DNA of 64,000 nucleotides from Octopus vulgaris (lineage: Eukaryota): contig OX597814.1 in NCBI GenBank assembly GCA_951406725.2, positions 103,354,001 through 103,418,000 of the forward strand. The letters run 5' to 3'. Shown in pieces: positions 38,101 to 49,039 of the stretch. Both the position numbers and the translations under genes were made by a program. The notes under the pieces were generated by a model that was given only the letters and a program-made list of their open reading frames with translations, did not search any database and was not told the origin of the DNA. Every line of letters starts with the position of its first letter. Position 1 is the stretch's first letter.

Positions 38101-41100
38101 TAACTTCTAAAATACAAAATTTTGTAAAAAACGTTTAGAGTAAACCCTGTTCTATGTGACACATTCTACCAGTATCAGAAGTTTCAAAGTGTTTAGTTAT
38201 AAAAAAATGAATTAAATAATCTGTATGTCAAATTGAATAAATCTGAAATGGATGAAAGGCAAAGTCGACCTCGGTGGAATTTGAACTCAGCACGTAAAGA
38301 CAGAAGAAATACTGCTAAGCATTTTGCCTGGTGCGCTAACATTTCTGCCAGCTTGCTGCCCCAGAATGTAAACATTTATTTTAGAAATATATTCTTATTG
38401 GTTGGGGGCGTTACTCCTTTACTTACTTCCTCGCTTATTTTATATTTTATGACATTTCACCTCATAACTTATTTTCTACTAATTTTTGTTCAATGCGACT
38501 AACAATTCTGTATTCCTCACGCATTTTTCTATCATTTAAGCCTAAGAAAAGTATACTTTTATTTTAAAATTAAAAAAATTATGTTAATTGAAGAAGGATA
38601 CCTGCTTTACTGCCCAGCTTTAGACCTCACATATTTTGTTGTAATTTTTTTTTCTTACTGAACCAAATCTCAAACTATTTATGCCAAAGTGTAGCTGAAG
38701 AAATGTCCTCTTTAAGACTATTAACAATTTGTAATTTAGTTGAGAACTGAATTAGTGGTGAAGCTTGGAAGCTGCTGTGATTGACGAAATGGTTGACTTA
38801 AGAATATATTCAACCACTACTGTGGTTGAATGATTACAAATCACACACTTTGTGTAACAGCATCAAAGTTAAAGTAAAATGGTTTGGAAGTGAGAACTGG
38901 ATCTTGTTAGAAAAGAGTGGGGATGCAATTCTACATGTCCATTCTTTTCTCTCACTCATCTATGTTTGGAGTTATGATGACCAAAACTACCATTAGGTAT
39001 CCACATCTCATACTGTACAGACTGCAATCTCCTCCTTCACTCTGCCAGACTTTCTACTGGATCAAGCACCCTGACTACATCAGTAAGTGAACTTGGACAC
39101 ACAGATATAGGTGATGGTGGTGGTGCAGTTAGTGTGACTTTAGTGAAACAACTACAGGTAATTATAGGATATTATCACTGATGGTGATGACAATATGTGT
39201 CTCCTGCCAACATTAGTAAAATGTATTACCTGGTCCATGCCATTTGGGTGCATGGACAGAAGTTGGAAAATATAGAATATTTCCAGTATATATATGTCAT
39301 ATAAAAGTAAACTTAAAACATTTGTGGCTGTTGTACAGTTAGTATTCAATGAAATATCATCATCATCATCATCATCGTTTAACATTCGCTTTCCATGCTA
39401 GCATGGGTTGGACGAATGACTGAGGGCTGGCAAACTAGATGGCTGCACAAGGCTCCAATCTTGATCTGGCAGAGTTTCTACAGCTGGATGCCCTTCCTAA
39501 CGCCAACCACTCTGAGAGTGTAGTGGGTGCTTTTATGTGCCACTGGCATGGGGCCAGTCAGGTGGTACTGGCAACGACTTCGCTCGAATCCTTTACACAT
39601 GCCCCCGGCACAGGTGCCAGTAAGGTGATGCTGGTAACGATCACGCTCGAATGGTGTCTTTTACGTGCCACCAGCACGGAAGCCAGATAGCCACTCTGGC
39701 AACGATCACGCTCGGATGGTGCTCTTAATACCCTACTAGCACGGGGCTTGAGTGCCAGTAAGGCGACACTGGTAACAATCACGCTCGAATGGTGCCTTTT
39801 AAGTGCCACTGGCAAGGAAGCCGGTTAGCTGCTCTGTCAATGATCACACTCGTATGGTGCTCTTTGCACCCAGCTAGCATGGACGCCAGTCATCGAATTT
39901 GATTTTGATTTTTGAAATATAGGTTTCAGATTTTGGCACAAGGCCAGCAATTTTGGGGCAGGGGCTGATTCAGTGACATCAACCTCGGGACTCAACTGGT
40001 ATTTAATATAATTAACCTCAAATGATTGAAAGGTGAACCCGACTTTCGTGGAATTTGAACTCAGAACATAAAGACAGATGAAATGCCACTAAGTATTTTT
40101 CTAATGATTCTGTCAGCCCCCCCCCCCTCCCCCGAACTAATCATGACCCGAAGACACCAATAATAGAATGTGGCCAATGGAAATACAAGTTGTAATCTGT
40201 AGTTGATAGATGATGATGAATAAGTTGAAATTATATTTAGTTTAATTTTTTTCTGTTTAATTGTTTTTTTTTTTTTCCTGAAAACTTTCCTATCCTATTT
40301 TCTTGTAATTTTTTTCATTGAATCTCTTGTAAATTCCTGAAGGACTTGGCTGAAGATGCTGGCACCCAGGTATCAGGTGGTCAAACAGTTATTAATCCCT
40401 GGCTGACCATTGGTGGAGTAGCAACTACAGTATGTCAACCGAATGAATTTATAATGTAAGGAAACAAATATATTTATTCTCTTTTATCTTATTCGTTTCG
40501 CGTGTTAAAATGCGGCCATGCTGGGGCACCGGCTTGAAGAATTTCCAGTCAAATGAATTGATCCCAGTACTTTTTTTCTTTTCAAGCCTGTTACTTTATC
40601 ATTCTTTACTGCCAAACTGCTAAGTTACAAGGGCTGTAAACAAACCAATACTGGTTGTCAAGTAGTAGTGGAGGACAAGCAAACACACATTCACATGATG
40701 GGCTTCTTTCAGTTTCCGTCTACCAAATCAACTCACAAGGCTTTGCTTGGTCCAAGGCTGTAGTAAAAGAAACTTGCAGTGGGACTGAACCCAGAACCAT
40801 GGAGTTAGGAAACAGACTCCTTTCCACACTAATGATTTAAATTAATAAAACACTTTCGACTAAAACATTTTTACAAAGTTAATTCCCCATAGCTGTACTT
40901 TGTTGTCTTTAAAATACTAATTGGTTGTGTCTCGATTAAGGACCGAGATATTTGGTCTACTGCTATACTCAAGAAGAACCGTCTGCCACAGAACTGGTGC
41001 TGGTGCCACATAACAAGGCATCCAACCATAGAAACCCTACCAGAACAGACCCTGGAGCCTGGTGTGGCCCTCGGCCTTACCAGCTCCAGTCAAACCATCC

Positions 41101-44100
41101 AACCCATGCCAGCATGGAAAACGGATGTAAAATGATGAGTTCTTCAACAGTCTCATTTAATGTCATCAATAATTATTTTCAAAAAATAGTAAAATATTTT
41201 CCTTGCAATTAGAAGATTGACTCCACACTTTTGTAATGTCTTATAGAAACTGGTTTTTCCATAGTTATAGCCTAAAACAACTTATGAGAGGGAAGGAGAG
41301 AGGGACAGGCAGAATGAAATGAACGTACCCGCACCAGACAAGTTGCTTGGGCTCTGGCATGGCTATCTTCTAAAAGAGTCTAACAATATTTGATACAAGC
41401 GCCCAACTGTTTTCCTTGTCTCTCACCATCATATTTAGTTAATCTTACTACAGTCCACTCTGAAGGTGGTCAGTGATTTCTTTTTTTTTTTTTTTTTTTT
41501 CCTGAAGGTTTTCTTACAGAATACTTTGCTTTCTCTTTAATATTGGTTAAATTTTTTGTTTTATTCAGTATTTAAAATGTTTTTTTAGAATTTTAGTTAC
41601 TATTGGAAACAGTTTGTTGTTTGTAAATAATTTTTATCTTTATCAGTTGATTAGTTAAATATGTAAATATATGTGTATAGTTAAATCCTAGACAGGGCAT
41701 TTTAAAGGTACTTCTACAGTCAAAAGCCGTATCAACTGGGCTGAAATCTCAAGAGATTATTCCTTCTAGATTCCCTCAAATATTGAACTCTTTTTGTAAA
41801 GAAAAGTATTTAAAAAAATGCTTCTTTTCCTGACTTTATTTCTTTCAGGCCAGACAATGCTGTAGTGGGTGACGTTCTTGTTTTGACCAAGCCCCTGGGT
41901 ACTCAGGTTGCTGTGAATGCCCATCAATGGTTAGATGAACCTGAACGAATGTCTCGGCTCAAAATGGTTGTCAGTGAAGACGATATTCGTAAAGCTTATC
42001 ACAGAGCAATGTGCAGCATGTCAAGACTAAATCGCACTGGTATGTGTTACGATTTACCTTACTAATATCTTCTTATAATGATAATAGACTCAACCAACCA
42101 CACTTAGTGTGTATGAGTTCCATCTTACGCTCCTCTCGCTTCTACAGTAAGAGTTACTCCTTTGCTTTTGTTACTGTTACAATATTTATTCTCTTGACGA
42201 ATGTATTCGAATTTACCGTTTCTATCAACAGCACTTAGTGTTCTTTTTTTTTTAAAGAAATTTTGAATCATCGTTTCTTTTTTATTGTATTTTTAAAAAT
42301 TAATTCTAAATAAAATTTTGATCATTCTGTAACTATTAATGGCTTCATCTCATTTGAATGCTTATTTTTTGTTGTTCTTTCCAGCTGCTAGACTGATGCA
42401 CAAATATAATGCACATGGTGCCACTGATGTCACAGGCTTTGGCCTAATTGGCCATGCAAAGAACTTGTCAAAAATTCAGAAAAACGAAGTCAGTTTTGTC
42501 ATTCACAATCTGCCAATAATTGCCAAAATGGCTGCTGTCAGTAAAGCCAGTGGAAATATGTTTGGATTGTTTCAAGGACAGTCCGCAGAAACATCTGGTA
42601 AGTTGACAACTAAAGCATTGATGTCTCTATTTTTTTTACATTAGCCGATTCTGTGTGCATGCGTTTACAGCTGTTACTACATTTTGGGACTGGCTTTCCC
42701 TTGAAGGCAAATGAAAGTAAAAATCCTTCATCCATTGCTACACAACAATTTCAACTTTGCCATACTTTGAGTGATACAGACATTTTGATATTTTGTAAAT
42801 TATTTAGAAAACTTTCATACTAAAATTTTATCATTAATTTAGAAATTAAAATTTTATTAGTAAATCTGGTACCATGTAAAAAGCACCTGTAGCAATGCCC
42901 CATAAAAAGCACTGGTGCTGGTGCCACGATGTTTAGAAAACAAAGTAAATCTACTCCAGAATAGTTGAAAAGTTTCGTTCTCTTTGTCCAGCACTGTTTA
43001 CAGTATCAGAAAGTTTGAAATTTCTGATTGTCTCCATATCCTCAATGAGTTAGGCTTGATACAATTTGTTTTTGTAGCATTTGAAAAAAAATCAGTCAAG
43101 TTCACAATTATGGTGTATGAAACTTTTATTTAATAACAGTAGAAATAAGGCCCCTCGCCCCACCTTAAAAAAACGAAAGTTGTGTTAAAAAATGTTAGAT
43201 GGCTTAGAATGTTTAACCCTTTTGTTACCAACCCGGCCGAAACCGGCTCTGAGTACAAATGCCTTGTTTTCATAAGTTTTGAATTAAAATCTTCAACCAA
43301 ACCTTAGTCACAATTTATGTTTGTAACACTAACTGAATGATAACCAAGTTATTTTACTAAATTCTTTGTTATATTTAAAGTAATTCAAAGAAACACAGAG
43401 CATCTCAAAATAAATACGGTATCGAAAGGGTTAATTGATGATGATGAAGTAACAATATTTATGTTAATGGTTTGACTTAACCCTCTCATTACCATATTTC
43501 TGTTGAAATCCTCTCTTTGTTTCAATTGAAAATAATGAAGACTTTAGTAAAATAACTCTGTTATTATTAACCGTTTCGTTATTTCTAACCAAAGTGGAAT
43601 CGCATGTTTTCACGAATGTATTGACTAGATTTGTGCTGAAATTCACAATTAAATGACAATGGGTTTACTCGGCTGGCTTGAAAGTTGTGTTAAAAAATGT
43701 TAGATGGCTTAGAATGTTTAACCCTTTCGTTACCACCCTGGCTGGGTTGATTGTTTGAGCCAAAAAATTTTTCAGCTGTGAAATTTTTAAGCTGGTGTCT
43801 GGGATATAAATTGAAAGTTTTAATTTCCATTGTTATTTATATCATAGAACCAGGGGTATTTTCAGGTGGGTAATAATTAATGATTGATAATTGTTTTTCA
43901 TTTAGTAGGAAATGGATTTTCTTTGTCCATAAAGCTTTTGATCATTCCTGTCCTGCTGATGTAATAAATGGTTTATATGAGGTGCTGTTTCTTTTGTAGG
44001 TGGTTTGCTGATTGCGCTTCCCCGAGAACAAGCTGCTGCATATTGCAAAGATATTGAAAAGCAAGAGGGGAACCAAGCTTGGATTATTGGAATTGTGGAG

Positions 44101-44184
44101 AAGGGCAATCGAACTGCCCGAATCATCGACAAACCGCGGGTAATAGAAGTACCAGCAAAGGAAAAAGATGGAGAATTGTGGTAA
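13157..44184 (+). CDS. SEPHS2: Selenophosphate synthetase (selenide, water dikinase; SelD/SPS family) with in-frame UGA at the Sec position; 8 coding exons, ~399 aa
   Basis: Exons 13157-13163, 13249-13485, 28500-28603, 34603-34752, 40343-40455, 41849-42039, 42385-42597 and 44000-44184 join through GT-AG introns with consistent phases (1200 nt). Motifs [70 protein letters not shown]. Called SPS2-type because of UGA plus SECIS, although the sequence resembles insect/vertebrate SPS1. Confidence 0.95.
13249..13485 (+). CDS. SEPHS2: SPS exon 2, containing the UGA (Sec) codon at 13371-13373
   Basis: (D)[77 protein letters not shown](G); donor gtaag at 13486. Confidence 0.95.
13382..13420 (+). promoter_or_regulatory. 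Stem-loop 3' of the Sec UGA (SRE/readthrough-type element)
   Basis: ggtcccccaggaagc (13382-13396) pairs with gcttcttgagggact (13406-13420): 14 of 15 positions paired including 2 G-U; 9-nt loop; 8-nt spacer gggtgtaa after TGA. Confidence 0.75.
17160..18185 (-). mobile_element. RTE LINE reverse-transcriptase fragment (decayed)
   Basis: [43 protein letters not shown] and [11 protein letters not shown] on the minus strand, with frameshifts. Confidence 0.85.
19285..19672 (+). mobile_element. RTE-tail-derived SINE-like repeat
   Basis: aaaagcacccactacactc..ggttgacgttaggaagggcatccagctgtagaaac..ccaacccatgctagcatggaaaacggacgttaaacgatgatgat. Confidence 0.8.
20737..21070 (-). mobile_element. RTE-tail-derived SINE-like repeat
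   Basis: Reverse complement of the 19285-19672 family. Confidence 0.8.
21200..21410 (-). mobile_element. tRNA-derived SINE (family A)
   Basis: Close reverse complement of 35100-35335. Confidence 0.8.
21414..22200 (-). mobile_element. Degenerate piggyBac-family transposase fragment with internal duplication and SINE insertion
   Basis: Minus-strand frameshifted reading resembles VTI(D)[22 protein letters not shown] (the piggyBac ..IDE.M..FKG..F.QY...KP.K.GIK region), preceded by YW.T..RDR..FLHI. Confidence 0.6.
24014..26330 (-). mobile_element. RTE LINE, 3' half (RT domain to tail), interrupted by a + strand SINE-like insert at ~25828-26039
   Basis: ORFs [71 protein letters not shown]; [10 protein letters not shown] upstream; (CAT)n tail at 24014. 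Confidence 0.92.
27336..27540. mobile_element. piggyBac-type MITE (ccctttagcatttaaac family)
   Basis: Right end aatgctaaagggTTAA; same family at 34853-35072 and ~35412-35570. Confidence 0.6.
28500..28603 (+). CDS. SEPHS2: SPS exon 3
   Basis: (G)[34 protein letters not shown]; acceptor ttttgtag, donor gtaagt. Confidence 0.97.
29562..30689 (-). mobile_element. Internally deleted piggyBac element with N-terminal transposase remnant
   Basis: TIRs CCCTTTCGTTAC and GTAACGAAAGtG, flanked by TTAG on both sides; acidic N-terminus and [41 protein letters not shown] (PGBD-like). Confidence 0.85.
31870..32315 (-). mobile_element. Composite SINE (family B) with internal microsatellite
   Basis: tttcagtcatttgactgtggccatgc...ggcttcttacagtttccgtctaccaaatccactcacaaggc...gaacc; related pieces at 5488-5620, 40490-40830 and 49955-50290. 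Confidence 0.7.
33400..34293 (+). mobile_element. Internally deleted piggyBac element, same family as 29562-30689, opposite orientation
   Basis: TTAA (33396-33399), CCCTTTCGTTAC ... GTAACGAAAGGG, TTAA (34294-34297); shared subterminal sequence; central TGYC...[15 protein letters not shown] remnant. Confidence 0.88.
34603..34752 (+). CDS. SEPHS2: SPS exon 4
   Basis: [50 protein letters not shown]; acceptor tttttag, donor gtcagt. Confidence 0.97.
35100..35335 (+). mobile_element. tRNA-derived SINE (family A), near full length
   Basis: ggcagtgagctggtagaaacgttagcacgccggg (A-box-like), gagttcaaattc (B-box-like), conserved body ctttcatcctttcggggtcgataaattaagtaccag; further copies at ~890-985, 27130-27330, 28765-28960, 38245-38360 and 39925-40115. 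Confidence 0.8.
35577..35951. mobile_element. Tc1/mariner-type MITE
   Basis: TA-ccatatttgatggcctacaagatgtac ... gtgcatctcataggccatcaaatacag-TA: imperfect ~27-bp TIRs with TA flanks. Confidence 0.6.
36804..37292. mobile_element. Foldback MITE with long, internally repetitive TIRs
   Basis: catggaaaaatgtgagcatgaaaagtaatattcttaagatt... mirrored by ...aatcttaagaatattacttttcatgctcgcatttttccatg; TA on both sides. Confidence 0.75.
39356..39915 (-). mobile_element. RTE-tail-derived SINE-like repeat with expanded ~60-bp internal units
   Basis: (CAT)n start, family core, then repeated ggcaacgatcacgctcgaatggtgc units. Confidence 0.8.
40343..40455 (+). CDS. SEPHS2: SPS exon 5
   Basis: [37 protein letters not shown](M); AAG acceptor, donor gtaagg. 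Confidence 0.95.
41849..42039 (+). CDS. SEPHS2: SPS exon 6
   Basis: (M)[63 protein letters not shown](A); acceptor tctttcag, donor gtatgt. Confidence 0.97.
42385..42597 (+). CDS. SEPHS2: SPS exon 7
   Basis: (A)[70 protein letters not shown](G); acceptor ctttccag, donor gtaagt. Confidence 0.97.
43217..43430. mobile_element. piggyBac-type MITE (214 bp)
   Basis: TTAA, CCCTTTTGTTACC ... GGTATCGAAAGGG, TTAA. Confidence 0.8.
44000..44184 (+). CDS. SEPHS2: SPS exon 8 (last coding exon)
   Basis: (G)[60 protein letters not shown]; TAA at 44182-44184. Confidence 0.97.
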
Positions 44185-46226
44185 TCGCCTCCCCCTCCTT
44201 CCTAGTTCTACCAATGGTTATGTGGACCAACAAGTGGGCATAATGTTGTGAGGAGTTGGTAACGAAGTTCAGAAATGGTTAAATCTTTAACAACAAAACA
44301 ATTTTTAGAGCTTTTGTTGAGAAATGTAATTCCTCTAACAAAACCATCAAAGTTTTTAGTTTAATCTTAATTCCTGGTCACTGATTTCTAATCTCAATTT
44401 TTGATCATTTTTCTCTTTTAGATTAGTTTAATCTTTGTATTTTGGGCATTTCTTTATGGTAACATTTTGATTTTCAAATTTGAAAAATCAAAACTCTTTT
44501 ATTGTATTTCAACTTTAATAGTAGCGTATTTAACTAAACTTGTCTGTTTTCACCTTAATTTCATCTCTTTTACAGAAATAGTAATTTTTAAAAACTTTTT
44601 ATTCATACAATTGCAATTTTTATCTCTAGCAGACACATATGAACGAATAATATGAATTTTTCTGGCTTAAAATAAATTCCTGTTCTGAGGTTTAAATGTT
44701 ACCAAATGCTTCTGGAGTGGTCAGATTTTAGAGTTTAATTTAGAGAGAATAAGATGAGAATGAGGAGGAGGAGGAAGAGTATTTCAGGCCAATTTACTAT
44801 AATTTGGTACCAGAACTGCTGGAATTGTCTTCTCTTGCCATAGCTTTATTTATCAAAAACTATTTTCGCACATTTCAACACAGAGCCAGAATAATTTACG
44901 TTTTCTGCCTAAATTTTTCTCTTAAACACTTAAATATTTTCTGGAAATAACCACTTCTATCTTGGAATTGTTTTTTTAGCCATTTAAAAACAAAGAGAAA
45001 TCGTTCAGATCATTTTGTCCATGATGGAATTTTTCAGTTTCAACAGATTTAGTCAATTCACTTGCCAAATAAGTACAACTTTGAAATTTCTAAAAATAAT
45101 CTAAGGTCTTGTTTGTTTCCTCACTCTATTCTAGATAATATATATTTAATATGACCTGAAAAATCTCCAGTATTTCTGCTACTGCAACAGTTAAGAATTA
45201 TCTTTTTCAAAATTTAGAAAGTTTTGTCTTATTACTTCAAACTTTTGAAAATTGTTCCAACTTTGATGTGAAGTAATTTTTTTCAATGTTTTCTAAAAAA
45301 TGAATTAATGTGCTATTTTCTATAAATGCCTCTGCTTTTGTGTTCCATAAAAGAAGAAAAATGGATTTGTTTGCTTCTCTTTTGCAATTATATTTGCCCC
45401 TTTCATATTGGTTAAAAGTCCTTGTCCATGTAAATATTGGTTGAACCGCTGAACATAAATTGAACTTTGACTGGTCTTTGATATAAGCTAATCAATAGTT
45501 ACTGTCCATTCCATTCCAAGGCATTTTGCTTTGTCCAGGGTTGTTGTCATTCAATTCTAACCACAGTTAGGAATCCTGCATCCGACTTTTCTTTTTTTTT
45601 TCTCATTTCATCTCCACTTTTCAGCCACTCTCATCCCGTCCTTCCCCCAAGTCCTTTTTCTAGTAAACATAAATAACTTTGTTCATTAAGTTTTGGCATT
45701 CATTAAGGATCTACTTTGGAAAATTGAAGCTGGTTTAAAAAAAAAAAAGCAAAAAAATTTTATTTTACAAAATTTTATTTTTTCTTCGTAGAAAATGTTG
45801 TTTAAAATTTGATGCAAAAATCGTGTTTTTGTAACTTAATTTGGTATTTTTACTGTCCCCTAATATTTTTTCTTGCTTCCTTCAGAATACCCTTTACAAT
45901 TTTGTAACATTTTTATTCTGCTAAGGAAGCAATAAAAAATAGCGCATATTCAACTGTAAACAGGGACCTGTTTTTGGTTGCCAATAAAACCAGAAATGTC
46001 TCCCTAATATTGTGGTTCCATCCCTGGAGAACAACTGTCTGTTGAGAAAGCTGCTGGTTTTTAGGAGTCAATTTTTTTCTATGTATAATTTTTTTTAAAT
46101 GTTCAAAAGAATTTTTTTGTAAATTTTTCTTGTGTTGTTAATTCTAGTTTTGTACTAATGAGACCTTGAGCAAGTCCTGTACATCTAGATATTTAGTTCC
46201 AGGAAATCTCTTGTTGAAAGCTGTTT

Positions 46227-46297
46227 AATGGTCATCTTAATGAAATGACATTGGGAATTCGATGTCGAACCAGTGGCATGGATAACTGATGACCATT
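46227..46297 (+). promoter_or_regulatory. SECIS element (type II) in the SPS 3' UTR
   Basis: Helix I aatggtcatc/gatgaccatt (10 bp perfect); core A-TGAA (46240-46244) opposite GGAT (46280-46283); helix II atgacattgg/ccagtggcat; unpaired GAA (46255-46257); mini-stem ttcg-atgt-cgaa. Confidence 0.92.
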
Positions 46298-46335
46298 TTA
46301 CGTTCAACGTGATTTCCAATCATCTTTAAATCAGA

Positions 46336-46341
46336 AATAAA
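46336..46341 (+). terminator. Distal poly(A) signal of SPS
   Basis: AATAAA ~40 nt after the SECIS, followed by a GU/U-rich tract (ttctgttttctgtgttttttttt). Confidence 0.7.
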
Positions 46342-46442
46342 ACACCAGTTTCACCAGATTTCTGTTTTCTGTGTTTTTTTTTTCTTTTCTTGGAATATTG
46401 ATGAAGGATGGCTTTGATGTGAATCTTTTGTTTATAACTGCT

Positions 46443-46806
46443 GAGTTGTTTTTGAGTGTTGGGCCTGACGGAGGCAAGGTGGCTGAGTTCCTTTCGAGTG
46501 GACCTCATGAAGGCAAGGTGGCTGAGTTCCTTTCGAGTGAACCTCATGAAGGCGAGGTGGCCGAGTTCCTTTCGAGTGGACCTCATGAAGGCGAGGTGGC
46601 CTAGTTCCTTTTGAGTGAGCCTCACGGAGGCGAGGTGGCCGAGTTCCTTTCGAGTGGGCCTCACGGAGGCAAGGTGGCCGAGTTCCTTTCGAGTGGGTCT
46701 CACGGAGGCGAGGTGGCTGAGTTCCTTTCGAGAGGGCCTCATGAAGGCGAAGTGGCCAAGTTCCTTTCGAGTGGGCCTCACGGAGGCGAGGTGGTCGAGT
46801 TCCCTT
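46443..46806 (+). repeat. 39-bp minisatellite, ~9 copies
   Basis: Unit gagttcctttcgagtgggcctcacggaggcgaggtggcc starts at 46485, 46524, 46563, 46602, 46641, 46680, 46719, 46758 and 46797. Confidence 0.95.
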
Positions 46807-46859
46807 TGGCAGGGAAATGGGTTGATGCAAATGGTTTGTTGAGCTGCCACAATATCCTC

Positions 46860-48800
46860 AGGAAACATGCTAGTTATCTATCAATATGGTGGCCACAGAA
46901 GAGCCAGATTGACAACATTCTCACAAGAAAGAAGAGATAGTAGTGGATGCCAAGTCCCTAATGAGATAAGTGGTTAGTGACTCCAGATTTAGGGATAGAA
47001 GGACTCTGAGATGCAAACCAGACTGGGAAAGAAGGCTATGTAAGCTTAAGGATCATTCGAATGATTGGAGATTTAGAGGCATTCTAATTGAAGCATTTGA
47101 CGAGAAGATAAAGATTGAGGACAACTGGAAACTTTTACGGGACAACCTACTTAAGAGTGACAAATTTGTGGCTGGGGCAAAAATTTCGTGAAACTGAAGG
47201 TGACATGGTGGTGGAATAGTGAGGTAAAGAGGGAAGGAAAATGGGGGCAGCAGAGAACTATATCTAGTAGGCAGACGACAGGTCTATTTAGTAAGGGCAG
47301 AAAGAAAAAAAGTTCGCCATTGTTTTACAACTTGAGGATGAGAGGCGATAGGCGTGATGGATTGCATAATAGTGTTTAAGAGAATCAAGATGTGGGAGAG
47401 AAGTGTATACGGATGGAGAGTGGCCTTAGTGACCCTGAAAAGAAAGAAGCACGGGAGTGCTATTAGGAAAGGTTAATAAACGTAGAGAATGCATTGGAGA
47501 GAGAGAGAGAGAGTCTCCCCAACAGAGGATGCCAGCTATCAGTTGTGTGCTTGACACGGTGATGGAAGATATAAATGCAGGGAAAGCCCCTGGCCCATCA
47601 GGAATCACAGCTGAGATGCTTAAAATATTTGGCAGAGATAGGTTATAGCCTAGCCAGCTGTATACTTAATCAGGTTATATAGGTCGGTGTCATCGCAATA
47701 ACTGCTTTAAAAGCATCAGTCAGCTGTTACAAGCGTAAAGATGTTTTAGATAGCGGTAACTACAGAGAGCCAGGTTAGGAAGATTATAGCAGAGTAAAAA
47801 GAAATTTGATGAGATGCAGTTTGATTATGTGTCTGGAAGGAGTGCTACTGATGCCTTCTTTCTGGTGAGATAATTGCAGGAAAAATATTTAGCCAAGATT
47901 AAACCATTGGCATCCATTGATTTGGAGAAAGCCTTTGATAAAGTCCCTTACTCTGTAATATGGTGATCTCTGAGGACGCTGAGAGATAGATGAATGGCAT
48001 GTGAAAGCAGAACAAGCCATGAACAAGGCTGCTGTCAGTAAGAGTTAACCACGAGTACAGAGACGAACATAATAATGTGCAGGTGGGCGTTCACCAGAGC
48101 TCAGTTCTCCTCCCATTCATCATTGTACTGTAGACCATAACAGGAATTTAAGACCACGAGCACCAGGGAACTACCATATGGTGAGAGCCTCATTCTCATC
48201 GCGGAATCTGTAACAGAATTAGAAAAGAAATTCCAGGTGTGGAAGCAAAACTTGGAATCGAAGGGTCTTAAAGTTAACATGGCAAATACCAAAGTTCTAT
48301 TAAGCAAGAAAATAGGACCTTACCCACTTCAGGTAAATGGCCTTGCTCGATATGCGAGAAAGGTGTAGGCAGGAATTCTATACAATTATGGACACACATG
48401 AGGTGCAGTGGAATTTCAGGAAGAAAGAGTGTTTGCATATGGAAGATGCATAGAAGTCGTGAAGACTAATGATACACAGGAAATTGATTTTCTGAAATGC
48501 CTTGGAGGTTCCCTAGCGGTGGTGGATAATTTCTGTTATCCACGCAACTGGCGGAGAAAGTTATGAAAATATAGTCGCTGGAATAAGAATAGGATGAAGA
48601 ACATTCAAGAGAGCTTTTATCTCTGTTGACAACAAAACGTCTTTCTCACCGAGTAAAAAAAAAATCGTGCGATGTGTGTGTGTGTACGAACTTCGATGCT
48701 GCATTGTAGTGAGACGTGGTCCCTAAATGCAGACGACACGCGAATACTAGAGAGGAATGAAGTATGTTTCATTGGATGTGCAGTGTCAGAGTGATACGTA
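46860..48800 (+). mobile_element. Decayed RTE LINE (end of endonuclease through RT)
   Basis: SQIDNILTRK, VTWWWNSEVK, GKAPGPSGITAEMLK, MQF..GRSATDAFFL, DLEKAFDKVP, GLKVNMANTKVL and SETWSLN motifs with many frameshifts. Confidence 0.9.
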
Positions 48801-48874
48801 CATCCATTTACACGTATATAATCTCTATACAGAAAAATGTGGTTTGCACTCTCACATAATAGCATATATAAATT

Positions 48875-49039
48875 CACACACACACACACACACATACATA
48901 CACACATCATACATACATACATACATACATACATACATACATACATACATACATACATACATACATACATACATACATACATACATACATACATACATAC
49001 ATACATACATACATACATGTGTGTGTGTATGTATGTATA
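48875..49039. repeat. (CA)n/(CATA)n microsatellite
   Basis: Long perfect ACAT run directly visible. Confidence 0.95.

Noticed and set aside
46326-46940. 180-aa and 132-aa repetitive ORFs; CRISPR-like appearance
   Set aside because: A 39-bp unit is a multiple of 3, so open frames are expected; tandem units have no unique spacers; eukaryotic context
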